From the NCBI GenBank assembly GCA_033442325.1, contig JAWQFM010000003.1:1768148-1832147 (forward strand): DNA of 64,000 nt, in the 5' to 3' direction. Made by a program: the position numbers and the translations under genes. The notes under the pieces are model-generated. The model did not search any database. It was not told the origin of the DNA and was given only the letters and a program-made list of their open reading frames with translations. This DNA comes from Salpingoeca rosetta. Lineage: Eukaryota > Protista > Choanoflagellata. Shown piece after piece: positions 16,723 to 36,248 of the stretch; the first letter of the stretch is position 1, and each line of letters begins with the position of its first letter.

Positions 16723-17549
16723 TGCAAAATGTTGAACGCACTGTGACTGCATCCGAGTGAGAGAAGGCCATGGTGGCGAGATATGGACCAGAAGAACACG
16801 TGCGAGCTGTGCAGGAAGTTTGTGTTTGGGTTCACGGCGCCCTGTGGCTGTAGCACACCTGAAAGAACGAAATTCAATGGGGCAGTTGGAGACGTGGGTG
16901 AGCGTGTGTGCGCGGCCGTGTTGCCTGGGAGAGGATTGGTGAACGGGGAAATGTGCTGCCTCGATGTTGTGCTACAGCAGAAGAAAACAGACTGTGTGAA
17001 CGCACACGGCCCCGCCTCACAGCGCACATCACACACGGCAACAAACACACATGCATACGTACATGCATACACATGCACATACGACACATGCACAGACGAC
17101 ACATACACACGCGCGCGCTGACCAAGATTGATGAGTTTGAGGACAAATGTTTCAGAGATGCCAAGCTTCTTTGCCAGGGAAATCAGCTTTGTCACCGTGA
17201 AGGTTCTGGTGTGAGAGCGAGGGTGTGGGAACGTTCACGTCGTCAGGAGGAGTTTGGAACATGGACAGAGTGAGGGAGAGGGGAGAGGAGAGAGTGAAGG
17301 GAAGGGGACAGGGACATGCACAAAGTGAGCGAAGAAGAAGGAAGAAATGACTGTGATGACATGCAAACACCACACACACACACACACACACGCACGCACA
17401 CACACGCACACACACACACACGCACACACGCACACACACGCACACACACACGCACACACGCACACAGACGCAGACCTGAGGCTGTGCTCTGCTGTGAGCT
17501 GTCGCAGCTGACACGCCCTGTTCAAGTCCTGCAAGGTGAAGAGCTCCAT
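13423..17549 (-). CDS. Putative adaptor of ~1100 aa with a divergent IRS/Dok-type PTB (PH-like) domain and a long disordered Tyr/Pro-rich tail
   Basis: Three short 5' exons from ATG 17549 splice to a 3 kb open exon (16493-13423). IRTYMCKGCTLSIDVARVCYPDSGRWHF resembles the Dok PTB core LRRYG....FSFEAGRRC..G.G.F.F. The tail has YLEP, YSMP, YSRL, YDQL and poly-Pro. The coding call is strong; the family call is weak. Confidence 0.6.
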
Positions 17550-18001
17550 GGTTGTTGATGGCCTGCTACCATTGCAAGACGGCGCGAGTCACAACGTCCT
17601 GGTTTGGTGGTGGCTGGGTCGGCTGTATTGGCTGGGTGTTTGTTTGTGTTGGAGTATGAATGCAAAGTGGCGGTTTTCCTGCCTGCCTTGCTTGCCTGCT
17701 TGCTTGCCTGCCTGCCTACCTGCCTGCCTGTTTGCTTGTGTCCTCCCTCCTCACATACGATAGTTGTGGCAACCACCACAAGCAGCAAGGGCGCACGGTG
17801 GCACAACAAGCCACCCAACCCACAGCACCACAACGCCACCGCTACACGCATTCAAATGCTTCGCGGCACAAACGGACAAAAAGGAGGAAGAATAAAAAAA
17901 TTGTTGGTGCTTTTTGTGGGTGGTGGCGCGCTGCTGGCTCATCGTCATGAGCAATCATCACTGCTGCCTGTCCTCCAACACACCCACCCACAGACAGCAG
18001 C

Positions 18002-19841
18002 ATGCAACGGTACTGGCAAGCCAAGACCCTGCTCAGCCAGCAGCAGCGGCAACAGCAACAACAACAACAGCAACAACAACAGCACCAGCAAGAGGAAGGC
18101 GGCGACGATGCGCGCGGGGAGGCACCGCCAAAGGATGAGGATGTGTTTGTGAGCGCTGAGGTGGCAGCCATGTCACTGGAAACCAGCTCGCCCACAACAT
18201 CAACAACAACACCACCAACAACAACAACACCACCAACAACAACGACGAAACACACCAGTGATGATGGTGATGATGACCGCGAGCCCGCGTCGAGTGCAAA
18301 AGCGGCCGTCAACGAGAAGCCAGGCAAGTCACTGGCCCCGCCTCCGCCGGCGCCCACGAGCACCCAGCGCGGTCGGGACCAAGATGCGTCGCAGGACGAT
18401 GCTGCGCCTCGGCATGTGCGGATGAACAGCATTGTCATGAAGGTGACGGCCATTAAGCGGTTCCAGAAGCTGCGCGCTGCGCTGCAGCAGCAAGTGGAAG
18501 ACCAGGCCAACGCCGCAGATACAGAGGACACAACTGCGCAAGAGGAGTTTCAGCGCAGGGCTCGCCAGAGCCTGCACGACTTGGAGCAGCTGCTCAAGGC
18601 GTTCACCACAGTTGTTGGCCCGGATGCCGGCTCCCGCCTGAGGCTGCCCAGCGATGGCAACGAGTCCGACTCGAGCGTCACTGCTTCCGAAGATGGCACC
18701 CCGCTGACCAGTGGCGCTCCAGACTCGTCTGGCTCACTTCTTCGTATCCACTCAAATGTGCAGGAGAAGCAGTCGGACCTTGAACAGGCCCAGCTTGTCT
18801 GGGATCACGAGCCCAAGAACATCCTCATCATCAAAAAGCCGGTGTGTGCGTAACTGTTTGTGTGCGTGTGTGCGTAGCTGTTTGTGTGCGTGTGTGTGTG
18901 TGTGTGTGCGTGTGCAACTCTGTGTGCAACTCTGTGTGCAACTCTGTATGTGTGTGTGTATATGAAAGCAGATGTACACACAGCGCACGCACGTACACTG
19001 TGCTCGCAATCACTCGCCTCCCCCCCCCCCATGTATACACTCACGAACACGTACACGCTCACATACACACGCACGTACACATATCACGCGTCGCCTTTTT
19101 GCTCTGCCCCTGACAGGGTGATCGCTTTGTCACAGAGTGGTTTATGAAAGTAGCGCGCTTCCTGATAAAGGACCACCCGGATGTGAAGGTGTTCTTCCAG
19201 CCGCAGATGTTCAAGGATGAGCTGGACATTCTTCGCGAGGACCTCAACTACGCCAGTCTCTTCAAGCAGCTGCACACATGGAGCCTTGCCGACGCTGACA
19301 AGGGCGTGGACCGCATGAACTTTGACCTCGTCATCACGCTCGGCGGCGACGGGACGCTGCTGCACGTCACCCACACCTTCCAGAAGCGCGTGCCGCCCGT
19401 GCTGTGCTTTGCGCTCGGCTCCCTGGGCTTCCTCACGCAGTTTGACGTCGAGGACTATCGCGACACCATCCCCAAGGTGCTGCGCGGCGGGCTGCAGGTC
19501 ACGCTTCGGCTCCGCCTTCACTGCAACGTCATTGAACCGCCGCTGCCGCCGTCCGAACGAAAGCGTTTCGAGCGCTCCTCGTCTGACGCCAACTTTGTCG
19601 AGGCCAACCCCATCCCGGAGTACGAGATCCTGAACGAGGTTGTGATTGACCGTGGCCCGTCACCCTACCTCACCAACTTGGATGTCTACGTTGGCGGCTC
19701 GCTCGTCACTTGCGTTCAGGGCGATGGTCTCATTATCGCCACTCCAACAGGCAGCACCGCATACTCGGTTGGTGTCTGCGTGTGGGTATCTGTGGGTGTG
19801 CATACGTGATTTGTGTGCGTGTGTTTGTGTGCGCGCGCATG

Positions 19842-19879
<38 letters not shown>

Positions 19880-19881
19880 TG

Positions 19882-19922
<41 letters not shown>

Positions 19923-20126
19923 GAAAGGACATGTATGTGGGGGGTGCAACTGCTTGTTGTGATCACCATTTCTCACGCTTGCAGTACCATCTGACTTGTC
20001 TGTGATGGCAGCTTGCTGCTGGTGGCAGCATGGTGCACCCGTCGGTGCCGTGTGTTCTCCTCACACCCGTCTGCCCGCACTCCCTCTCCTTCCGCCCCAT
20101 CGTCGTTCCTTCAAGCCTCGAAATCA

Positions 20127-20190
<64 letters not shown>

Positions 20191-20551
20191 ACGTCACATC
20201 TTCTGCGTGTGGAAGTGCACTTTGTCTGTGCGCTCTTGTCAGTGCTTGTACCACACCTCCCGGTATATTGCGTCATCTTCACATACTCGCTCGATTGCAC
20301 CAACCACCATCACAACCAACCCTCCATGCCCGCCCACCCGTCGTCGTCGTCTCCCTTCCCCCACCCCCTTTCTCCATCACCATTCACGCGCTGGCAGGTT
20401 GCTGTGCCGATGGATGCGCGTAACCCAGCATACGCCTCGTTCGACGGCCGCAACAGGCAGCGGCTTGATCGCGGAATGGCCGTCGTCATCAACGCTTCCA
20501 GCTGGCCCGTGAGTGCACACGTGCAGCATGATGTCACACTGGTGCAGGACA

Positions 20552-20596
<45 letters not shown>

Positions 20597-20864
20597 CTGC
20601 CTGTCTGTGTCTGTGGGTTGGAAGTGCTGTGGTGAGTTGGCCTCACTTGTCACCCTTGATCGTACCCAACCTCCTGTTCACATACGACACTCATGCAATC
20701 CACACCCCCCCCCCCTCCCTTTCTTGTCCTCCCAGGTCCCCACGATCAACCGCCGGAACCCGTCTGTGGATTGGTTCCGCAGCCTGTCGTCCTGTCTTGG
20801 GTGGAACGTGCGAGAGAAGCAGAAGGGCTTTGATGTACAGGCAGGCCCGCGCACGTCGGAGTGA
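18002..20864 (+). CDS. NADK: NAD+ kinase with a long low-complexity N-terminal extension
   Basis: Signature motifs [76 protein letters not shown] and [17 protein letters not shown] at 20862-20864. The start codon is less certain. Confidence 0.95.
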
Positions 20865-21329
20865 CGCACGGCGGCGAACGTAATGTGATGTGTGACACCA
20901 CTCACCAGTTTTGACATGGACAACCACACTGTACCTGACATAAGTGTTGTCTGTTGTGTCGTGTTAACCAACCGCCCCTCTGCTGACTAAGCCCCACAAG
21001 TTGCTGCTCTCTCCTGCACATGTGCATGTGCGTGTGTGATCGTCTTGTGGGTTCGCCTGCTGTGATTGAATCATGCTTGCCAAGATTTGCGTGTAAATGC
21101 CTTTCACCCCTGTTCCGATTTGATTTTTTTTTTCGCTTTCTTTGATTGGCTGACATCCATTTCTAGTCACCCTTTGTCCTGTCATGCGCCCCGGCCCCCT
21201 CCTGCCTGTGTTTTGACCACGTTACATCTGGCACAGGCTTGATGCGTGCGTTTACTCCAAGTACATCATCCTTCCTTCCCTCCCGTATCCACACACGCCC
21301 CAGCCACTCAGCACAGCCGTTACCACTGA

Positions 21330-28162
<6,833 letters not shown>

Positions 28163-28212
28163 CTGGTTGCTGTTGTTGCTTGTGTTGGCTGTTGTCGTTT
28201 GTTGGTTTCGTT

Positions 28213-28239
28213 TTTTGCGCGGGCGCGCCAAAATTTAAA
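28213..28239. promoter_or_regulatory. Candidate double E2F site with an adjacent CHR-like TTTAAA, upstream of ATAD5
   Basis: TTTTGCGCGGGCGCGCCAAAATTTAAA lies 50-75 nt upstream of the ATAD5 ATG. The - strand reads TTTTGGCGCG, matching the TTTSSCGC consensus. Confidence 0.55.
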
Positions 28240-28452
28240 TGCAAAACTTCTATGATTCAATGGGACATTACGCTCACAGGGCAAAAGGGAAGCGAAGCGT
28301 GCACATGAACATGGCATGCACATGCAGGCACATACATGAACATGCACACACACACATGGCATGCACACGCACATGAACACAACACACACACACACATGAA
28401 CACAACACACATGCACACACACACACATGAACACAACACACACATGCACAGA

Positions 28453-30042
28453 TTACTCGAACATCCAGTCGAGGTTGTTGTTCTCCTCATCTTCACCATC
28501 ATCGGCCTCCTCCCCGTCATCCTCGAGGTCTTCGTCCCCTGCCAGCTCCTCCTCGGCCTTGCTGCGCTTGGTCGCTGGCTCGCCCTCGTCCTCGCCGCCC
28601 TTGCCCTTCCGTCTGCGCGCAGCCTTTTCGTCTTCAATGTCATCCTCGGGCACCGTGCCGTGGGACTGGTGGGGAGACAGCAATGATTGAGTGGAGAGGG
28701 CGGGGGGGGGGAGACAGAAAGGATCAACGGAAGGGGGGCGGCGGTTAGGGTGGACGTGGATGACATGGGGAAGTTCGAGCAAAAGCATGTGTGAATTGTC
28801 TGTCAGCTGACAGCTGACACAAACAAACACAAACACGCACAAACAAACAAACACTCAAACACACAAACACACGTACGCAAACACACACACGCACAAACAC
28901 ACATACACGCACAAACATACACACACAAGCACACACACACACAAGCAAACACAACCAAAGACTCGCCCGCCCAGCAAGAAGAGCACGCACCTTGAGGAGC
29001 TTCTGCTTCTTGAGCTCGTGCGCCTTCCAGAGCTCGACGTACTTCTGCAGCGGCGGCTCCTGCTGCTGCATGGCCGCCTCAAACGCATCCTGAAACACCA
29101 GTGCGCGCACGCGTGTGTGTGAAAGAGAAAGAGAGAGGCACGGAAGCATGTGAACAAGTGGTACACAAGCCTGGATGCCATCAAACACAACACATGCACC
29201 ACCCACAGAACACACGATTCACAGCTGCAAGCGGTGAGATTGCTGACATTCTTCTCTGTGTCGAGGGGACTGTGGTCGGCGCTGCCGCGGTGCTGCAGAA
29301 TAAACGCAGAGTTGTTCTCAATCTGCAGCAAAACCCAGACGGCTTGCAATGAGAAATGCGTTGACGTACAAGACATCAGGCATACGCTCGTGTGCACACC
29401 CACCCACATGCACACAGAGACACACAGACATATACACATACACATGCAAACACACACATACACACACGCACACCTGGTCTGAAAGGGTCTTGACGGCGCG
29501 GCGCGTCTCCGGGACCTTGCACTTGCGGGTGAATGTGCGGCAAAACGCCTGAATGGAAATGGCGAGCTCGGGGAAACCAATGTGGGCGGAGAAGGGGTGG
29601 AGGTACTGCAGCATGAGGCCCGTCACCTCTTGCAGCACCGCATCCTGGAACGGCTTCGTGCCAATGTGCGCCTTGGGGAACTGCAGCATGGGTGGTGGCA
29701 TGGTGTGGAGGAAGCAGATGTATGGACAATGAGAGAGGAGAGAACTGTGTGCATGCATATGTGAACATCTTAAGTGCATGTGCACGTGCGCGCTTGTGCA
29801 TATGTGTGTATGTACCGCGAGGAGGAGGGCCATGTTGAGCGGCTTCATCATCCGGCGAATCGGCCTCCGCATCATCTGAAGTTGCGCAACACAGGCCACT
29901 GTTAGACACGACAGCCGCACAGATGTTGTTGCTCTGCACACCACAACACGAACGCAAACATGCACCAGCGAATAGCAAACATTCACACACACACACACAC
30001 ACACAAAAGCGCACACATCAACACAACAGCAACCACACACAC

Positions 30043-30080
<38 letters not shown>

Positions 30081-32873
30081 CACACACACACACACACCTC
30101 TGCGCTGTTGAGTGGAGCGAGGATGTGGGGCGCGAGCGGGATGGTGGTGCGCGTCTTGGCGCCCAGGGAGATGAGCGCACGCAGCACGTGAAAGTGCATG
30201 GGAAAGTGCCTGGCATTGACGGAGAGGGAGAGGGAGCCGATTGCAACCTGGATCAGCGGATACGAGAGCGACTCAAACAGGTGGTCCTTGTCGTTCTTCT
30301 TCCCATCAGCAAGCACCTCCGCCCACACTGCAAGGATAAACGCGGTGGAAAAAAGGCATGAAAAACACCGTTGTGAGTGATGGCAAGACATAAACAAGCA
30401 TCTGAACCTGGCGTTGGCGAGAGCGTAGTGCTTGTGCAACAACACACACACGCAAACATGACGCATACACACACGCATCCACGACACATACACGCGCATA
30501 CAAGACTGACGTTGGATGCAGGCGACAAACTGCCAGGAGTGGACGGTTTGCATGGCTGTGGCGCGCTTGAGGGCGAGGGCATCGCGCACGTGCACGGAGA
30601 GCTGACGGATGTACACAAACGCGAGCTGATACGCGCTTGGCGGGTCCTGCAGAAACAGCTCTTTCACTGCAGTGGTGGCGGTGGCGGTCGAAGGTGGGGG
30701 AGGGAGGGAGAGGGAAGGGGTCGCGTGAGCACATGAAATACAAGTACAATGTAGTGTAAGGTGGGTGAAGAAACCACGTGCAGGAAGACGAGCAGCGCGG
30801 ATGGCGTGAGCGAGCATTGCGGTACGCACTTTGTTTTGCATATATATGCATTATACACACACCACACACACGCAAAGCTAAAGAAGTACATCCACAAACA
30901 CAAACACATAACACACGACGCACAAGACATGCCACTTAACACACAACGCGCACACGCACGCACACACACGCATGCACACACACACACGCACCTGCTGTGC
31001 GCATGAGGCGCACGTGCTCGTGGTTGTTCAAGTTGACAAACTTGGTGCAGCGGACATATGCCATGTACGTGCTCTTGAGAATGTTGATGGCCACAATCGG
31101 GGTGGCGTAGTACAGAAACTGCCGCAGCAGCAGCACCGCCGCCACGGTGACGGGCGCCTGCTCTCGCGTGAACACCGCAACCACGTCCTTCACCACAGAC
31201 CGCCGAAGCTTGGGGAGCCCTGCCAGAGTCGATGCAGCAGCGGGAGGTGGAGGTGGAGGAGGTGGAGGTGGAAGGAACATGACCACAGCAAGAGAGCGGA
31301 GCAGGTGCAGATTGTGAGCTGACGGTACGTAGCACAGTACGCATTTGTCGAGGGTGCAAATGGCCCATGCAGTGAGCTGCTTGGTATTCGCTGAAGGGCT
31401 GCGCAAGCATCTCGACAGCGCGTTCTCGCGCAACCATCAACGCAGTCAACACGTGTGTGTGTGTGTGTGTGGTGATGCGCATGCGCATCCTTTTGTGCGT
31501 GCGTGCGTACCGTTGACAAAAGGTGCGAGCTGGGAGAGGGTCTTCACGAGGATGACGAGCATGTCCTGGTTGGTCGCCTGCTTGATCAGCGTCAGGGTTG
31601 CGGTGGTAAACGCCTTGATCACCGTCTTCACCTTCTTCCACGACGGCTGCGTTGTGATGTCCGTCCTATGTGTGCGCAGGTAGCAGGGAGAAATTGCAGA
31701 GAATCAGCCTGAAAAGGGCCGTATTGCAATGGCAAGAAAGGATACAAGCCGGTGATGGGTGCAACCGATTGATCAAATACTGCAAGTGGCATTCCAACCC
31801 AGACGCACTTGTTGTCCTTGACGTTGATCTTGGAATGGAGGAAGGCCGGCACTTGCGAGAGCGTCAGGTGCATCAACGCATTGTACGCTGGCGGTGATGG
31901 AAACAGGTGCAAAGACAGGTGGCACATCAGTGCCGTGGCAAAATGTGTGAGGTGGAAGCAGCTGCGATGGCGACATAAACCAGGAGCAAATAAATCGAAA
32001 CAGCATGGTGCGTGCGCGTGGTAGGTTGGGTACCTGCAGGCGTGGCAACGGTGAACTTTGGCAACTGCTCGAGATCACCGTCCTTCTTCTTGGCGTGTGG
32101 TGAATCTGTCTGTGACACAGAGTGGAATGCAATGACCAGCTTGCGAATGGTGCCCAGAGGTTTCTGTGGAGTGGGGGGGGGGGCGAGAAGAAGTGTGAGA
32201 CGCAGAGATCGGGGAGTGGGGGGTGGTGGTGGAATTGACTCGATTCAGCAGAAACATGGTCGGTAGTGGACTCACAGAGGTTGTCCGCAGACGAGGACGC
32301 AAGTTTGTGAACATGTAACACAACACACACACACCTCCGAAATACGCAAGTAGCCAGTGTACACAAACACACTTTCTCGCACACACAAACACACTCATCC
32401 ACGCACTCAGTCACAAACACACAAACACATACCAAGCGAAGGCGTTTGCTCCAGTAGTTGACAAGCCGAACGGTGACGAGGCGGTTGGTCTCATCGTCCA
32501 GCACTTGCTCCAAGGTCGGCACAGCCTTCTTTGCCTTGTCCTTCTTGGCATCCTTCTGCTTATCGGCCTTTGTCTTCTTTTCCTTCTTACCCTTCTTCCC
32601 TTTCTTACCCTTCACCTCTTTCTCTTCCTCCTCGTCCTCCTGTGCCTCATCATCGTCATCGAAGCTCACATCGCCCGCGTCGGCCTCATCCTCGTCCTCA
32701 TCCATGAGCCCCTCTGCTGCGCCATCCTCTTGCTGTTCCTTGTCCTCCTCGTCCTCTGCCACCTCCTCACCAAAGCTAAGCAGCGACTTGTCTTCCTTCA
32801 GCAGGAACTTGTAGAACTCTGGATCAGACTTCTTCAGCTCCTCGAGCTGCTGTGCGTGCTCGCTCGCGTTCAT
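28453..32873 (-). CDS. NOC2L: Nucleolar complex protein 2 (60S ribosome biogenesis)
   Basis: HAQQLEELKKSDPEFYKFLLKEDKSLLSF, AYQLAFVYIRQLSVHVR, VHSWQFV, LSYPLIQV, FPMHFHVLRAL, IGFPELA, IENNSAFILQHR, then an acidic tail ending LDWMFE*. Confidence 0.93.
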
Positions 32874-32946
32874 CGTGTGCGCGGGGTGGTGCTTGTGCTG
32901 TTGCGGCACTCGTACTGTTGTGGTGGTGTGCGCGTGTCTGGTTTTG

Positions 32947-32952
32947 CACGTG
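32947..32952. promoter_or_regulatory. Candidate Myc/Max E-box upstream of NOC2
   Basis: CACGTG (context GCACGTGG) lies ~75 nt upstream of the NOC2 ATG, inside a 128-nt intergenic spacer. Confidence 0.5.
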
Positions 32953-33001
32953 GGCAGGAGCAAACTGTGTTACTACATTTTATCTTGTCGTATATCATTT
33001 C

Positions 33002-35161
33002 TCAAGCAGAGGTCGAAGATGTGGTGTTGGGTGTGTTGGGTGTGTTGGAGGTGGATGAGGATATGTCGCAGAGGTGACGCATAGTGGGGCGGCCGTGAGG
33101 GCAGTTCCACGGCTGCTCCATCGTGCCTGCAGGGAGGGAGGAAAGGAGGGAGGAGAGAGGAAAGATGGTGTGAATGAGCGTTGACAACAAAAGGGATGGG
33201 TTGGAAGTTGAAGTAACAAACGTGCTGTTGTGCAGCAGCGGAACACATTGGCATGCGCTTGTGTTGTTGGCCCACAACAAAAACCCACAACCAACAACAA
33301 TGTTCACAACAACGTTCACAACAGTCATAGCAGCAGCAGCAGCAGCAGGAACAAACCCATGTGCTGTAGGATGGCTCGCATTTCTGGGCGGGTGAGCGCT
33401 TTGCCGATCATGATGGAGGAACGACAGGCGCGCGACGCAAACATGCCGCGAATGCGAGACGGTCGACAGAACACCCCAGGCTGATCCCGCAGCATGAACA
33501 GCAGCTCGTGGATGTCGTCAATTCCTGCACAGCGAGAAAAATGCGTGCGTATTTTGGGGGGGGGTGCACATGCGTGTGAGTGTGTGTGTGTGTGTGTGGG
33601 TGTGTGGGTGTGTGTGGGTGTGTTGGTTACACGGGAGCATACGGATTACGTTGGAAGGAGCTGTCGCATTATCTTACAGGGACAGACACGATGCAGGACA
33701 TGATACAAGGTGTACACTGAAACCAGGCAAACCAAACACCCCCAACGACGCAGGCGTGTGAGACTTTGCCTTACCAAACTCAGTTCCTTTGCTGTGCGGG
33801 ATCTGCGAGAGGCGCACGCGTTTCCCGGGCGCTGCGTGCTCGTCAACGGCAAACTCAAACCCGTTCTGCTGGAAGATGTGCAAGTTGTCCAGCAAAAGGT
33901 TTTCGTCCACGGCCGGCAAGTCCAGTGGCCGCGGGCGGATCAGCACCTGCACGAGCGGAGTCGTAAGGGTGAGTGGAGGCGGGTAGAAGCGGGACAGCGA
34001 AAGAGGGAGGGCAAGGTGCATGTATGTATGTGTGTGTATGTGTGTGTCTGTGTGTGTGCATGAAAACACAAGCAAGACGAGCGAGCGCAGCATTGCGTGC
34101 TTCTCACCTGGCGTTTGATCTTGGTCACTTGCTGGAGTCGCTCAAAGTTGTATTTTTCATCAGACGCATGCTGTGGTTGTGCATGTGCATGTGTGTGTGT
34201 GTTCGTTAGTTGGTGTGCGTTGCAGCAAGAGGTGGGCGAGAAACATGTGTGTGTGCACGTGTATATGTGTAGGCAAGAAAGAAAGGAGAGAGAGAGAGCC
34301 ACACAGTGACATCCTCAACCCATGTGTTTATCGGCCTCCTCCTCGTCGTCGTCCTCACCTGATCAACGATGAAGAGGTGGTGGTGAAGGCGTGCGATGAT
34401 GAAGCCCAGGTTGAACTGACCAATCACCTGCGCGCGTGCACGTGCAATACAAGCGTCATGGGGAGAAGCCTCAGGCGAGAGAGTGAGAGAGAAAGAAAGA
34501 AAGAAACAGAGAGAGGGAGAGAGCAAGGGAGAGAGACAGAGACAGAGCCAGAGACACACACAGATACACGCACGCATGCACATACACACACACACTCACA
34601 TAGACACAGACACACACAAATTGCTGCAGCATATGTCGGAAGGCACAAGTGGATGTCACGCCACGCATCCCCCCCCCCCAACCTGCATGTCGCTGAAGTC
34701 GTCCTTTGAAATCTGGGTGCTCAGTTCCTTCTCCGCATCATCGCTGCAAAACATGCGCAGGGCGTTGCACGTTACACTGGAATTGCCATCCTTTGAACAT
34801 ACACGTGTACGCAAACAAACAAACAAACAAACAAACAAACAAACATGAGTCATCACATTGCCCAGCGCAATGGTGCAGGCGTACGTGGTGATGGCGGCGG
34901 TGAACGTCTTGTCGTCTGTCTCCAATGGTTGGCTGTGCGTCTGCGAGTCGGATTGGGCAGCAGCGAGCTTTTGCCTACCGGTGTTTAAGGGGAGGGGCCA
35001 GGGACGTAGGATCATGAGGACGGATAACAAATATCACAACAAGAGGGACGACAGCAAGTGCAGGACATGTGGTGAGGCATAGAACAGCAAAATAAGAAAA
35101 CGAGCAGACAGAACAGTCACACACCTTCACACAATTCACGCCCGCCCACACTGATACTTGC

Positions 35162-35193
<32 letters not shown>

Positions 35194-36088
35194 TCACTCA
35201 CTCACTCACTCACACACACACACACACACACACTCACTCACTCACGCACTCACACACTCACTCACTCACTCACTCACACACACACACACACACACTCACT
35301 CACTCACTCACTCACACACACACACACAATTCACACGCATTCACACACACACACACGAAAATTCACTCACCTGAATGCGTCGATGCGTTGGGACCACGAG
35401 ACGGCGACAGTCCGCTCGGGCGGGCGCGGTTGGTACACGATGCCGGAATCCGAGAATGACGCCAGCACCATGGGCAGGTCCCCGTATCCGACTTCCTGCG
35501 ATGATGCACTCGATGGCGCCGTGCTCAGATCGCTGGTGTCGTGGCCGTGGTGGCAGTGGTCGTGGTGGTGGTCGTGGTCGTGGTGGCCGTAGTGTTCATC
35601 ATGACCATCACCGTCGTCATCGCGTGGGGTGCTGTGATCGTGTATGTCGTCTGCCGTTGACGTGCTGAGCTGGGAGTCGTGCAGCGGTGGCATCTGCCCA
35701 TCATCGTTTGCGTTCCGCTGCGTCAAGTCCGCCAAATCCTGCGATTGCTCACCGTCTCCGTCCTCAGCAACACGCTGCATCAAGGCATCTCCAACATGGC
35801 CCGTGTGTGGATCATCATGAGCACCACGACCGCCACCACTGTGCATCTCGTCGCTGCTGGCGGTGGCGATGGCGGGCCGGAGTCGTCGTGGGTTTGGAAC
35901 GCGCCTGTGCGGGTGTTGTGTCTTGTAGTGCTGTGCCAGATTGCTCTCCCCAAACAAGTTCTTCTGCAAGCGTTGCAAGTGTGCATGTGTGTGCATGTGT
36001 GCGTGTGTGCGTGTGTGTCGTGAGAATGCGGCCATGACATTCGTGCATGGAGCGGCGAATCATGAACATTCAAAGCAGCAGCAGCAGC

Positions 36089-36177
<89 letters not shown>

Positions 36178-36213
36178 CTTAAACAACAACTTAAACAACA
36201 ACTTAAACAACAA

Positions 36214-36248
<35 letters not shown>

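Noticed and set aside
28163-28231. TTG-initiated N-terminal extension MARPRKKR of ATAD5
   Set aside because: This is an alternative-start artefact of the ORF caller. The sequence is better explained as the E2F-like promoter element, and an in-frame ATG follows at 28162.
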